Assembly: GCF_009914755.1 (NCBI RefSeq)
Contig: NC_060938.1
DNA from: the human T2T-CHM13v2.0 reference genome, Homo sapiens
Length of the DNA: 64,000 nucleotides
Reading direction: 5' to 3' (one strand)
Position 1 is the first letter of the stretch. Each line of letters starts with the position of its first letter. Under the pieces are notes generated by a model, which saw only the letters and a list, made by a program, of their open reading frames with translations, searched no databases and was not told the origin of the DNA. Below are positions 1 through 14,809 of the stretch, piece after piece. The translations under genes were made by a program, and so were the position numbers.

Positions 1-677
1 TACTTCTAGAAGCCTTAATGTTGGCTTGTCTGATATAACTAGAATTTCTTTCAGTTAATATTTGCATGTTATATCTTCTTTCCATCATTTTCTTTTCAAC
101 CTTTCTGTGTTATGCTCAAGGTGTCTTTTATAAGTAGTATGTAGTTAGATTGTGTTCTACTATCCACTCTGACAATCTTTGTATTTATTTGTATTTTAAC
201 TGTATTTAGTCCAGTCATAAAGATTTAAAACTGTTTTAACATATTGGTGATTTAAATCTCTTATCATTATGGTAACTTTTTAATTTCTAGAAATGCTTTT
301 ACCCTGAAAACAATTTTGTCTGATAGTTATAGCTATGCAGCTTTCTTTTAGAAAGCATTTGTATGGAATATCTTTTTCTGTTTACTGTTTCCATTTGTTT
401 ACCAACCTTTCTGTCTCCTCATGTTTTAGATATGTCTCTTATAAATAGCATTTAGTTAAAGTGTTTTAGTCCAGATAAACAATCTTTGTCTTTTGACTGT
501 AATATTTATTCCACTTATATTTAAGATAACTGGCTGATATATATATGAATTTAAACCTATATTTTATCCTGGGCTTTCTATTTGTCCTACTTGTTCTCTG
601 TTTCTTTCCTTTCATCCTTCCTTGGATTGACTAAGTGTTTATGATCTTCATTTTTTTCCCTCCAATAGCTTGGATAT

Positions 678-1190
678 TGTATTACTTTCCTATTGCTGTT
701 GCAACAAATTACCACAAATTTAATGGCTTTAAATAAACTTACTATCTTACAGTTCTGGAAGTTTGAAGTCTGAAATGGGTTTCACTGAGCTAAAATCAAG
801 GTGTTGGCAGGGCTGCATTACTTCTGGAGGCTCTATGGGAAATTCCATTCCTTTGCCTTTTCCAGTTTCTAGAAGAAACCTGCATTCCTTGGCTCATGGC
901 CCCTTCCTCCACTTCAAAGCCAACAAGACAGCATCTTCCAGTCTCCCTGACCCCTGCTACCATTGTTACATCTTCTCTAACTCCGAATCTCCTACAATCT
1001 CTCTTTCATTTATAAAGACTCTTGCAATTACATTAGGCCAACCTGGATACTCCATAATCCAAGATAATCTCCCCATCTCAAAATCCTAAATCACATCTGT
1101 AAAGTCACTTTTTCCATGTGAGGTAACATTCACAGGTTCTGGGAATTAGGACATGGTAATCTTTGTGAGGCCATTATTCTGTATACTATA
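678..1190 (-). mobile_element. MLT1-family (ERVL-MaLR) solo LTR
   Basis: Typical MLT1 motifs: tgtattactttcctattgctg, cttacagttctgga, ataatccaagataatctccccatctcaaaatcc. Confidence 0.8.
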
Positions 1191-3319
1191 AATTTTATAA
1201 ACTCAATTTCCTTTTATTTAAATAGTCACTCTGGTTGTTTTAATACACACACTTAACATGTCAAAGTCTAAAGTTAGTCCTTTTATATTCTCCTGTTGCA
1301 TAGTAAAAGGACTATTAAAAGACTTTTAGCTCCTTTACATGCCAATCAATCCATGTGTGACTTAGGCATGATGTCATCATTGCACATATTTTGATTCTAT
1401 CTTGTTAAAACCCCACAAAACATTATTATTCTTTTGTAAAATTAGTGTTCATTTGTATTTACAAACATATTTCACCAATTACTTTCCACTTCATTCCTTC
1501 TTACATTCCTTCCATTTCATTCTTTCTTGCATCGCCAACTGTTCATGTACAATCACATTCTTCTTGCTAATATCCTTTATGATTTACTTTAGTGAAGGTA
1601 TGTTGGTAGAAAACCCTCTGTTGTTGCTGATCTGAAAATGTCCCTGATTTTTATATTTTTTTGTGAAAAGTATCAATAATATACAAAAGTATAGCAAATA
1701 TAAAATAAATCCACATGGACACATTATCTAGCTTTAATTATTATCAACTCATAGTCAAACTTTTTTCCACAATATCCTCCCACTTCCAGAAATTTTGAAA
1801 ACAAAAATCAAGATATAATTTTATCTGTAAATATTTCAGTATGCATCTCTAATATTTCAGTATGTATCTCTAAAAGACAATATTGAAGAACATCTAATAC
1901 CAAATATAACTTTACATTTATGTTTATATTTATATTATATATCTCTTTTTTAATGCAACTACAGTATCATCACACTTTCAGAAAAATCTATAATTTCCTC
2001 ATATTAGTATTCACATTTCCCCAATTTTCCTATAATTTTGTATAGCTTATTTGAGTGAAATAGGTTTAAATATTTCTTAAATCTCCTTTAATCTACAAGT
2101 TTCCTTGAAAGTATTCTGATGCTGAAACCAGGTCTCTTACCCAATAGAGTTTATCATAATAGGATTTTGCTGATTGCATTCCCATGGTGTCATTCAGCAA
2201 ATCTCTGCCTATTTTTCTGTAAAATTATAGTTCAATCTATAACTTAATACAGATTTTTAGGTTTGACTTTTTATTTTTAGTAAGACTACTACATAGGTTG
2301 TAGGTACATAATGTTCAGCTTTTATTTTTTAACAGTGTTAGCAACCATTGATCATCACCCTGTATTACTCTCATTCTTAAAGATATTTCCTCTGGTTATG
2401 AATTCTAAATTATAAGCTATTTTCTTTAAGACAAAAATATCTTATTCCATTGTCTTCTGTCCCACCATTGTTATAAAGAAGGCAGCTGCTAGCATAACCA
2501 CTGTTCTTTTAAAAAAAAAAAAAAATCTTTTGTCTAGGCCCTAAAGTAATGTTAAGATTTTTCTCTTTGCCTTTGGTTTTCTTCATTTCACTGTGATGTT
2601 TCTAAGTATGTACTTTTTCTTGCTGGAAATTCATTGAGATTCTTGAATATACGGATTGGTGTCTTTCCTCAGTACTGAAAAATTCTCATTCATTATCTCT
2701 TTAAATATTGTTTTTGCCCATTTCTTTTCTCTTTCTTTTCTTGCAGAAATTCTAGTTTATTAGACTTTCTCACTATAATTCCTCACTCTGATCACTCTAA
2801 TTTCCATGTCTCTTCACCTCTTTTATATTTTCCATTTCTGTCTCTTTGAGTTATATTCTGAATGATTTATTCTATCTTCCAGTTCATTCAATCTCTTTGT
2901 GGAGTACATCTAATTTCCTAATTAGTAGTTAAGCTGAAAGATGAGTTTTATTACTGCATTTTTCATTAGTAGAAATTACATTTAGTTCTTTTTTCAACCT
3001 GCTGTGTAGCTCTGTCACTTTTTAGACTCCTGATCTCTGAACATATCTTTAAATCTGTCTTTTATTTACTTAAACTCAGCCCAGTATAGTTATCTTAATG
3101 ATCTATGACTGGTTTTTCAAGCTTTTGTAGGTTTATTTCGAGGTTCTATCATTCTGCCAATTCTTGCTCAGGATGTCCTACTTCCTTGTACAGCTGGTTA
3201 TCTTTGACAATGAATTATTCATTGACCATGAAACTGTACTGGTAGAACTTTTTAAGCTAAAAATGAAAGTATACTCCAGAGAATATCTGCATTTGTTTAC
3301 CAGACCATTTTCAATTCAT

Positions 3320-4195
3320 GCGTTGACAAATAACCCAATTCTAAAATGGACAAAAGAATTAGACATTCCTGCAAAGAAGACAGACAAATGGCCAATAAAC
3401 ACATTAAGAAGCGCTCAATGCCACTGATCATTAGGAAAATGCAAATCAAAACCATAATGAGATACCACTTCACACACACTAATCAAAAAGACAGACAAAA
3501 AATAAGTGTTGGTGTGGCTGTAGAGAAACTGGAACCCTCATAAATTGCTTATGAGAATGTAAAATGGTGCAGCTGTTTTGGAAAACACTTTGGCAATTCC
3601 TCAAACACTTCACACAGAGCTACCATATGACCCAGGAATTCTAATCCTAAGTAAATATACCTATGAGCATAGAAAACATATTTCCACACAAAAACATTTT
3701 ACACAGATGTTCACAGCAGCAGTATTCATGATGGCCAAAAAGTAGAAACAAATCCAAATGTCCATCAATTGATGAATGAGAAAACAAAATGTGGTATACA
3801 GCCATATGATGGAATACTATTCAACCATAAAAACAAATGAAGTACTGATTCACACTACAACACAGATAAATCTTGAAAACATTATGCTAAGAAAGAAGTG
3901 AGACATAAAAGACCACATATTGTGTGATTCCATTTACATGAAATGGCCAGAATAGGCAAATCCACAGAAATGGAAAACAGATTAGTGGTTGCCAGTGACT
4001 GAGAAGGAAGAGGCAAATGGGGAATGGCTGCTAATGGGTACAAGGTTTTTTTAGGAGGGTGACAAGAGTGTTCTAGAATTATATAGTGATAGTTGCACAG
4101 CTAAATGAATATACAAAAAAAAACCCCACTGAATTGTACATTTTAAAGGGGTGAATTTTATGGTATGTTAGTATCTCAAAAAAGAAATGATTTTT
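3320..4195 (+). mobile_element. L1MB-type 3' end
   Basis: ORF2-end remnant ([14 protein letters not shown]) and L1M 3' UTR ending gtgaattttatggtatg...aaaaaag. Confidence 0.8.
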
Positions 4196-5563
4196 TAAAT
4201 TTACATCTTGAAATATTTTTGACCACCAAGGTAATATAAAACTTCTCCCCATGGTCTGTTTGGTGGTCACAACTTCCCAAGGACAGGATTTTTTTCCTTT
4301 CTTGTTTTACCTGGCATCAAGACAACTTTCCTTGCACTCCCTTCAAGGAGGTAGAGTGAGTTTTTCGCCCTTCTCGTGACATCACAGCCCTTTGTGGTCC
4401 CAGAATTAGCCTCTTAGCCTACATTGAATGAGCCCTGGGCTGACTTCCAACTATCCTTGGTGACATGCAAATATACCAAGTGCCTATTCAAATGCATCAA
4501 GTTTCCCCTGTTTAGCAAATGCTCTCAAGGCAAGTAAGACTTAAAGGCTCCTTTAGTCTCTCATACGTTTAGCTTTCTCTTAGATTTTGGCATGTTAATT
4601 CCTATCTTTTGAATTGTTTTTTTAAATACAGCATTCTTAGCTGTTCTCAGCTAAGGTTGTCCAATACCTCACAACTTACACTGTTTCCAAAATGCAAATC
4701 CTATATTTATTTTTCAAGTTAAAATTAATTCTAGTAAGTTAGGAAAGGATTTGCAGCCTGATATAGTCTACATTAGAGTAGCTTCAGTATTATTTATGAC
4801 TTCAGGTGATTACAGTAGATATTTAAGAATTAAATAACACATTTTATTACTTTTTAAAAAGAAAAAAATTAAACATTAATTTGAGGAGCAGTCTAATTTA
4901 AAAGAAGCATGGGTGGATAACTTGTTCTCTCAAGTATCAAGGTTCTTTAAACAGCTAAAGTAAATAAGACTGTGGTAAGATACATAAACAGATCTGTTTT
5001 AGAAAGAGTAGCTTGGAAACGACCACACATGTATGGAAACTTGATCTATGATACTTGTAGATCACTGAAATGAAAAACAGAATATTCAGTTCTATAATGC
5101 TGGGAAAAACTGATTAGCCATATGGGAAAAAAAGAAACTGGACCCCCACTTCACACCATACAAAAATCAGTTCTACATGGATTAAGGACACAAATATGAA
5201 AGGCAACTTTTTAAATAGATTTTCTTTTTTAGAGTAGTTTTAGAATCACAGTAAAATTGAGAAGGTACAGAGATTTCCCATATACCCCCCTGCTTTTAGT
5301 AGAAAATATCAGACTATATTTTTATAATCTCAGGGAAGGTAAAGATTTGTTAAACAAGATGCCAAAAGCACAAACCATAAAACAAAAAGTTGACAGAGTC
5401 AACTATATTCAACTATATATAAAACGTGTTAATCAAAAGACACTATAAAGAAAGTAAAAGACAGGCTGCTCACTTGGAGAAAAAGAAATGTGCCACGTGC
5501 ATAACTGACAAGGGATTCACATCCAGAATATATAAAGAGCTTCTATTACAGAAATCCATTTTT

Positions 5564-5866
<303 letters not shown>

Positions 5867-8800
5867 CTATGTTTTAAAGTAAAAAAACAACAACAAAAAA
5901 ATGGCCAAAGACATAAACACCCACAAAACATAAACAATGAAAGGTTCAACATCATCAGTAATTAAGGAAATTTAAATTAAACCCCCAATGGGATACCATT
6001 TCTCACCCGATTGTCTAAAAGAAAAAAAATTCAGGTAATTACGAATGTAGAAATGTCTTACATGTTGCTGAAAAAGGGAACAAAATGAACACTTACATCC
6101 CGCTTGTGAGGCTATAAACTGGTACAGCCACTTTATAAAACAATCCGGTGTTTTCCAGCAAAACTGAAGGTTTTTAAAACCATGAACACAAAGAGACATG
6201 AGTTAGAAGGGTCACTTAAAAACAGATTTTAATGGAAAAAAGTAAAAATTAAATTTAAAAGCAAAAAAATAAAAAAAAAGACTGAAAACATCCTAAATAT
6301 CCATCCGCAGGATAATGGATAAAGAATGGTAAAGTCACACAATGAAATTATGCGCGGCAATAAAAAGTGAACAAACTACAACACATCAGCATGAAGGAAT
6401 CTCACAGAATGTGCAAAAGCAAAGCCATAGGATTCACATAGTAGAATATCATTTATACAGAGTTCCAAAGTAGACTAAACAACACAGTGTTTGGAATGCA
6501 TAGACATGTGGTAAAACCATATAGAGAATCAAGGAGAGTGGAAAGAAAAAGATATAATCAGGGAGAATACACAGGTTGGCTTCAAAAAATGTTGGTTATG
6601 TATATTTCTTAAGCAATACATAGGCACGGGGCTATTTATTTTATTTGTATTCTCTGAATCTGTAGATGTGTCAAAAGTACTATTTTGCACATATGAAATA
6701 ATTTCTCATTTAAGAAGTAAATAAATACATGGTTGTGGTACAAAACATTAAAAATTCAGAAAACTATATGAATAAAATAAAAATTATCCATAATTATATT
6801 ACCCTGAAATAACTATAGTATTTGAAGGAGGTAAATATACTTAAATGATGTGCCTTTCTTCTATTCTTTATTTTTATTTAATCTGTTTTAAAGCTTTACT
6901 GAGGTATAATTTACCTACAGTAAATTTCACATATTTAAAATGTATAATTAAATGAGTGACATACATACATATAAATACATACACACACATTGGTAGAAGC
7001 ATCATCTCATCAAGAAAATGAATATATCCATCATCCCCTAAAGTTTCCTCATACTCCTTTTGGATCCATCCCTCCTTACTTTCTCTTTCCCCTACCCCCA
7101 AGTAACCACTGATGTGTTTTTCCATCACATTAGTTTGCATTTTCTAGAATTTTATTGGGTATATGTTTGGGCATAGCTTATGCATATGTTTTACTTTCGC
7201 AGACAATGCCAAAAAGTTTTCCAAAATGACTACACCAATTTACACTTCCACCAGCAGATTATGAGACTTCCAGTTGCTCCACATCCTCATCAACACTTGG
7301 TTGCCAGCCTTTTCCATTTTAACTATTCTTTTCATATTCCTAAGGAAAATACTCATAAAATGATTTGTCTGAACTCTTGAGCAACAAAAAAAAATCAAAC
7401 TTTCAACGAAGACTGAAGTGAAACTCATTATACAGAAATTTTAATCTAAGAGCTTTTTCCCCTGAATGCATAATAATAATTGAAGCAAAGGCCCTAAATG
7501 ATGTATGCCTCACAGATTCTGCTTTAGTCCCAACACCTGATTTCTACATAAGATTTTTAGAAGAACCATTGGGACATACGTAAAAGAACCGCATAACTTA
7601 AAAGCAAGTTGAGAACATCAACATATTGGAACTCAGGTAAAATAGAGTCCAACACAGTTTATATGTGTGACTTAAACACTATAACACCTGAACTCAATAC
7701 ACCAAACAAAACACCACTAAAATTGTGTTCATAATTTGGATGGGGCGGGGCATAACTACTTTACCACGAATAGTTCTTTTCAACATGCTCAGCTTCTTGC
7801 TCTCAGCTTCTGCTACTTAACCATGAGAGAGGAACAATGTTATGAAATGATGCACTTCGTTTTTAAAATTTGTAATTATTATGGATAACACAAAGGTAGT
7901 CTATCATCCTTATTTCTCTTTTTTCTTTTCTTTTCTTTTTTTAATCATCTCCCTAATCAATGGATCGCCTCTCCTTCTAACCTTTGTTTCTCAAAATACG
8001 GATTCTAAACTCACATTTACTTGTGAGTGCAGAATCACTATTCTCTCCTCAGATTCATTCAAACTTGGCTTCTACCCTTACACTGTACTTAAATTATGTC
8101 TGCTGAGGTTAAAGCCCCCATCCTAACTTCCAAAGACAATAGGCACGTAATCAGTTCTTGACTCCCAGATAGACTTCTCTCCTTGTTAAAACTCTCCTCT
8201 CCTGGCTTCTATGAGACCACTGCCCCCTAGATTTCCTCCTTTCCTGATGCTCTTCCTCAGACTCCTTGGCTGTCTCTACCCATCGCTTAATGCTGGTGTT
8301 CCCCATCCTTGGTCTTGCCCTCTTCTTACACTATACTTACTTGAATGATTTCTTACACCCTTACAGGATTAACCACCACAAATCCACTGCTGCTTCCAAC
8401 ATTTGTAAGTCTGATCTTGACTTCAGAAAACCTGATACCAATATATCTATTGGTATATATCCACTAGACAGCTATGCCAGATGTCCCGCCAGAATCTCAA
8501 ACTCATTTTCTCTCCACCTGAATTAATCTCTCAATATTAGTTTTATTCGTAAATGCACAATTATAATTCATATGAAGTCAATAAAATACAAGATATACTT
8601 AAATTTTTCATGAAGGGTTAAACAAAGAATAAATTTGTATTATGGCCTCTTCCTCAGTTATGAAGGTAACTCATATTCATTAGCAAAAATTACAAAATAC
8701 AAAAGAGATGATAAAAAGCAAATATCCCAGCTCTCAAAGGCAAGCAACATTACTCCCTCCTTCCAGAAAAAGCAATTTTTAACCATGCTGAAGTTACACA

Positions 8801-9229
8801 TCAAAATATGAAACTGGTAAATGGATTTTGTTGTTGTTGCTAATTCTCAATATTTTCCAGGCTATGTTCTACAATATTAATCAGGGAAAACAAATTTCTA
8901 TTAACTGCCTACCTAAAGGGAGAACTAGAATAATATTTCAATTACAAAAGCAATCCTTTTATATGCTGTATTTTAAATGTTCTAAAGAAATCAATGGTTT
9001 TGGCTTGGCATCTATCTTGTCTATACCCAGATGTCTATCGGTGTGCACTATAGCCCACAGTTCATCCACAGTATCTTCCTCTAAAGAAAACCATAGCAAA
9101 GGAAAACCTGGAAGAAATAGAAGTCAAATCTAAAACCTAGCTGGGTAGATTGTGGTTTGCAAACACCACAGTAAAGGGACACTTTTAACACCCTTTCGCC
9201 ACTTCACAAAGTTTCAGAAACATCACAGG

Positions 9230-10330
9230 TAAAAACCCTCTGCGAAGCTCTTCTCATCAGACCCCGCCAGGGAAAGGAAATTCGCTTCTCTTTCCCCAGA
9301 GCCCAGAAACCACCTGGACGCGCCGTCGGAAGCCCGAGCACGGAGCAGGGAGCCGGGCGCCCGGCGCGCGGCCGTCCCCGCCTGGGCTGGGGTCTCCACC
9401 GTCCCCGGTCACGGGTCCCCCTAGGCAGAGCCGCCCACCTGGCCAGCGGGGACCTAGCCTCGCCCCGTCGCCCACCCCTGGTGCCCTCCAGACCACCGCG
9501 CTTCCAGCTGTCGCGGGGCCTAAAGCTCTCTCAGGCCCCCGCGACACAGGCGTCGCTGAGGAGACGTGGGAACAGCCCCTGGGCCCCACCACGGCCCCAT
9601 TTTAAAGAAAGTTAAAGACAAAAGAGACAGAACTGACACTCACCTCCAGCCCGCAAGGCGGGGCCGCCCTCACAGGCGCCCCCCACAGCCCTGAGCGAGC
9701 TGCCAGGTGGGAGAAGCGCACCTGAGCCAAGCCACGCCGCGCCTTTCCCCGCCCGGGTCCCGCCGCCCTCCTCCGGGTCTCCACGTCCCACGCCCGCGCT
9801 GGGCCGGCGCCGCGCGGCCGCGGCCGGTTACCTGCTGGAGGCAGTGGGCGCTCTGCTGTCGCCGCCTGCGGGAACTGTGACTCCGGTCACCTCGCGCGGC
9901 CGCGCCTCGAGGTCCTGCCTTTCCCAGGGCCTCCCCTACCCTATCACTTACCCCCTCCCCTCCACTTCCCTCCCCGTACCCACTCCCACACCACCCACCA
10001 GGGCCGCCCCGCCCCTCGGGACGGGCGCTAAGGGGCGAGGCGAGGCAAGGCGGGGAGGGGCGAGGCAAGGCGGGGAGGGGCGAGGCAAGGCGGGGAGGGG
10101 CGAGGCAAGGCGGGGAGGGGCGAGGCAAGGCGGGGAGGGGCGAGGCAGAGCGGGGCAGGGCGGGGAGTGGAGTGGCGCAGAAGGGCTGGGCGCGGAGGGG
10201 CGGGGCCTCCCGCGTACCTGAGCCGCGCTGCGCCTGCGTCCTCCGCGACTCCGCGCTTGGCAGCCCCTTCCTGGGAAGGTGTAAAATGCCGCCAGGTGTG
10301 GGGTGTGTTTTGGGAGAAGAAGGGAGACAA
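9230..10330. promoter_or_regulatory. TC2N: CpG-island promoter (proximal TC2N promoter / alternative first exons)
   Basis: Very GC- and CpG-rich with many GC boxes. Minus-strand donors GAG|GTGAGT (exon edge 9644), CAG|GTGCGC (9722), CAG|GTAACC (9832), CAG|GTACGC (10218). Gene assignment from recall. Confidence 0.8.
10041..10147 (+). repeat. 20-bp minisatellite (CGAGGCAAGGCGGGGAGGGG) x5 plus partial
   Basis: Five identical units read directly at 10041-10140, with degenerate flanks. Confidence 0.97.
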
Positions 10331-10740
10331 GCGGTAGGAGGGGGAAGAGAGGGGAAGCTATTGGCCTGAGGAAACTTCTCTGACTTGGGGAGGCAGGGGC
10401 AGTCTTTCTGGCGATGTTTATGCACACTTTACTTAGAAGCGGAGTAGTCATGTTGTTACTTGACTTTTAGAGTTTTTATAAAAAGTCTATAAAGTCTTTG
10501 AGGATCAGCCCTGCTCTCTGCTTTTGTTGCTATCTGCTACTGCCTTGCCATCAATGGGTGTCTTGGAAAGAATATTAAATGTATCCACCACAGCACCTCA
10601 CACCCCCGATTCTATGAGGGATCCCCTCTAACCCTGGTAAAGCGGGGGGCCTGGCCCTTTTCTCTGGGCTTCCTTGGTGGAAATCTCAACACTGCTTGGA
10701 AATGAGTTTCCTAGACTGTCTGATGAAGAATGGCTTAGCA

Positions 10741-11057
10741 TTTTTTGTTTGTTTTGTTTTGACAGAGGTTCTGTCGCCCAGGCTGGAGTGCAGCGGTGCG
10801 CCCGTGGCTCAGTGCAGCCTCGACCTTCGGGGCTGAAGTGATCCTCCCACCTCAGCCCCTCCGCCAAGTAGCTGGGAATACAGGCGCGAGCCAGCATGCC
10901 AGGCTAATTTTTTAATTTTTTGTAGAGATGAAGTCTTATTATATGGCCCAGGCTAGTCTTGAACTCCTGGACTCACGTGATCCTCCCACCTCTGCCTCCC
11001 AAAGTGCTCCACCTCCCAAAGTGCTGGGATTACAAGCATTGAGCCACGGTGCCAGCC
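10741..11057 (-). mobile_element. AluJ, CpG-retaining
   Basis: Antisense Alu dimer with J-type diagnostics. Confidence 0.9.
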
Positions 11058-11667
11058 TGGGTGGTGGGACTGTAAAATTGAAAGAAAGGTTCATACTTTT
11101 CCTTCTGGAGAGCAGTCTTTCCCAGAGTGAGTTCTGTCCATCTCAAGGTCCTAGAGATGCTGCAGTGGGAGTAGGGGTAGATCACCAGATCACATTAATG
11201 TGGGGGAGAGAGACACAAAATATTTGTTTTCCTTGAGATTCACAATGCATACTAGCATTTTACAGGCATAAGAACCATGTTTTACTTTCTTTGATCCTGC
11301 ATCTCCCAAATGTGTTTGACCATAGAACTCTTTTCTTGAGAAAGGCCTGTTTCCAATCTTGGGCATTAGTGTTTCAACAAACACTTTGAAAACCACTGCT
11401 TTCAACTCCTAGTACGTTCACATTTAATAATGTATCACAAATGTTTGCAAAGTTGTGCACTGTTCACACAAAACTTTCATGAGTCATCTCATTTAATCCT
11501 GGAAATTGCAATGTAGCTGTTATTATCTTCATTTTGCAGTTGAAAATATTTAAAGGTCAGACAACCAGTTAGTGGTTGCCCAAACATACAGTCAAGATTT
11601 GAATCTGAACTTTGAACTCCAAGGCGTTTTAGACTAATATTCATTCTGTCTCTCTCTCATTTGTTCC

Positions 11668-11965
11668 TTTTTTTTTTTTTTTTTGGGCAGGCTCTCACTG
11701 TTGCCCAGACTGGATTGCAGTGGCACAATCATAGCTCACTGCTGTCTCAAACTCCTGGGCTCCAGCCATCCTCCCACCTCAGCCTCCCAAGTGTGCTGGG
11801 ACTACAGGCACATACCACCACGCCTGGCTAAATTTTTAAATTTTTTTATAGAGACAGGGTCATGCTTTGCTGTCCAGGCTGGTCTGAAACTCCTGGCTTC
11901 AAGCAATCCTCATGCCTCAGCCTCCCAAAGTGCTGGAATTACAGGCATGAGCCACAGTGCCCAGC
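11668..11965 (-). mobile_element. AluJ
   Basis: Antisense Alu dimer beginning with poly(T). Confidence 0.9.
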
Positions 11966-13389
11966 TTCCCTTGATACCTAAGGAGAGCACATCCTTGGTT
12001 AGAAATCACTAGATTCATGTGTTAGTTGAATCTTCTCAAGGGCAAGACCATAACTTTTACTTCCTTGCAGCACCTGACTTAGTGCAGGGCACAAAAGTGT
12101 CATTGAAATGTGCTGAATGAATGAAGGAGGAATGAATGCTCAATAACTACTAATTGAAGTGAGCTGATGCTTGGTTCCTTAAATGAACAACTTTAACAAA
12201 CTCTTCACTGATGCAGAAGTACCAAGAGCAGGAGCTCCCCTAATTGTTCCTAGTTTTCTTCCCTAGTCCATCTTAAAACATTTTCCTAGAAGAATCCTCT
12301 CTATTGACAGATACAGTTCTTGTAAAATCATGAAGCCAATTCCTTTGTTTTCCTTGAAATGGGCCTCCTTCCTGTTCTATCTGAGGCAAGGCTACTTGAA
12401 TGGAGGATATTGTACACCTTTCTTTGTGCTCTTATTTCTAATCTCTTCCCACAAAAGGATCGTCCTCAAAATACTATGAACGGGTTTTTGTTTATTTTTT
12501 AATTTAGCAATTTTATATTATTTGAGGCCGATCTAAGGAGAAAAATAGACTGGTCAATATGGATAACGTGGCTGCTTAGATATTACTGTGTGTATCAATT
12601 CTTTCATTTGATAGAGACAAATCGCATAATTCCTACTCTAAACCCCTATTCATTCTTTATTTAATGCAGTTTAGAAGTGCTTTGTGACTCAGCCCAAGCC
12701 TACCTCTCCAGCCTTATCTCCCAGTATTTCCATCACACCTTTTTGACCTACTGAAGGAATTGCAGTTCCATAAACTGTCGAATTTGCACACACCATTCCC
12801 TCTACCCTTCTCTTACAGGTATCAACTAGCAAACTCATGTTCATCCAACCAAGATACCACCTCTTCTAGACAATGAAACCCCACAACACCCATTCCTGAC
12901 TCAATTAGGTGCCATTTCCCAGCATAACCACCACAATCCATCTGTATCTCTATCATGGTGCCTACATCATAGCTGTGATTACTGGCTTCTTTTCCCACTT
13001 CCCTCTAGATGCATTCCAAGTGAGTTACCAATGGGCAGGAATGATGACTTCCACCTCTATTTCCTGAGCACACAGCATAGCACTTGATATAGAAGGCACT
13101 CAACAGTTTGTTGAATAAATGAAAACAGCTTTCAAAGAGTATAAATTCCTAGAGTGCTTGTGAAATAATTTTACAAATAAATGGTCATGAATACATTGGG
13201 GGTACCAGACAGATTTTTGCTTCTCTCAAAATTATTTCCTTCCCATTTTCTGCCTTAGAACATAACAGCAGAAGCCTATACATATTCATTCATTTCATGT
13301 ATTTGTTCAAAAAATATTTCTGAGTGCCTGCCATGTAACAGGTGCAGTACTAGGCACTTGCTTCAGAGAGGAAGTGACATTTCAAAAGT

Positions 13390-13810
13390 GTCATGGATGC
13401 TCACCAAACCTCAATTCCTCTCCCTGGGCATGAAGCTAAACTGCTTTGCCTAGCCACTCCCCTTGCATCTAGGTAAGGTCATGTGGCCAGTTCTGACCAA
13501 TGGAATTTGAGCAGAAATAGAGTTTCACTTCTGCATCTAGGCAACTAAGAACAGGTGAGCCTTCACCCCACTGTCTCCCTCTTTCCATTCCATGACAACC
13601 TTGGACTAAACCATGCTAACCATTGCTAAAGCTCACAATACGACAAGATGGGAGAAATGTCTGGGTCCTTGATTGGCTTCATAGAACAAAGCTCTCTCCA
13701 CTGCCCACTAACTTTGATTGGATGGTGATGTGAGTGAAAAATATATTTTATTGTGTTAAACCACTAATATTTGGGGTTTTTTTCTAACACCTGGATTTAC
13801 TTACTCTGAT
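13390..13810 (+). mobile_element. Old MaLR/ERVL LTR fragment
   Basis: ggtcatgtggccagttctgaccaatggaatttgagcagaa and ttgtgttaaaccacta...ttgggg motifs. Confidence 0.55.
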
Positions 13811-14809
13811 AGGCACTGTCATGAATGATGACATATAGATTACATTAAACATACCAAAAAAATGTTTCTCATGCTGTAGGCATTCTATGGGAGACATAGA
13901 ACATGAAAATTTATCAAAGAGCTTATTAAGGTCATAGAAACTTTAAGTTTGTCCCAAGTAGATAAAGAAAAATCTTTATGGATACATAGCTTTCTGTCTC
14001 TCAGATGGCCACCTTATCAGAATGCTGACATCTTGACCTGAAAACAAGCACAGAGTCACCATTATGCCTTCTTCATCATCTTTATCTGCACTTCTCTGTC
14101 TCTTTCATGCACTTTGAAGGGTTTCCCTGAGTGGGCTTCAGGAGATCCAGTGTTACTCAAAGTCTAGTATATATTCAGGAAAAGAGAAAAATAAAAAGGC
14201 TAGGCTCCAAAAGGTCTTGAATAGCTTACTAAGGAATTTGTCCATTAATCCACAGGATACATAGTTGAATAAGCTAGGAACTATTTGTAGTGAGAAGAGT
14301 TGCTTTTTTCTTTTTTCTTTCCCTCCCTCATCATCTTACCTGGATAACTGTTACCCACTAAACTAAGGTAACAATGGGATAATGGGTGGTCACAGATGCT
14401 CCACCAGGAGAACTAATCATGAGAGTCTCATTTCTCAGTGCCCTCCCACAAAGCCCTTCCTCAAAACACCCATCTGCCTCCTCCAAACCCCAATAATCAA
14501 TGAAACTTCATAGCACTAAAAGGCTGACACAGTTGTATTAGAGGTGTAAATGAAAAATATTCAGCACCTAGAGCAGGAGGCAATAGCACCAGTGGGGTCA
14601 AAGGAAATCTGTGAAGGAGGAAACAAAGAGAGAATCCAAAAACAAAAGAAGGTTTTCCACCAACCACATGATCAACTCACCCAGGCTGAGTAGCTGGTCC
14701 AAAGAGGATGACAGCACATGAAACTGCTCAGGATTCAAGAACAAAGGCTCCCAGACTCACTGAGAAGAGCAGAGAAACATCTAAACCCCTATTTCTGTGA
14801 CCTCTGTAT

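Noticed and set aside
9257-10451. Long ORFs (251, 167, 125, 111 aa) over the CpG island
   Set aside because: Expected from high GC content and the stop-free 20-bp VNTR. The peptides are low-complexity Pro/Arg/Gly with no domain.
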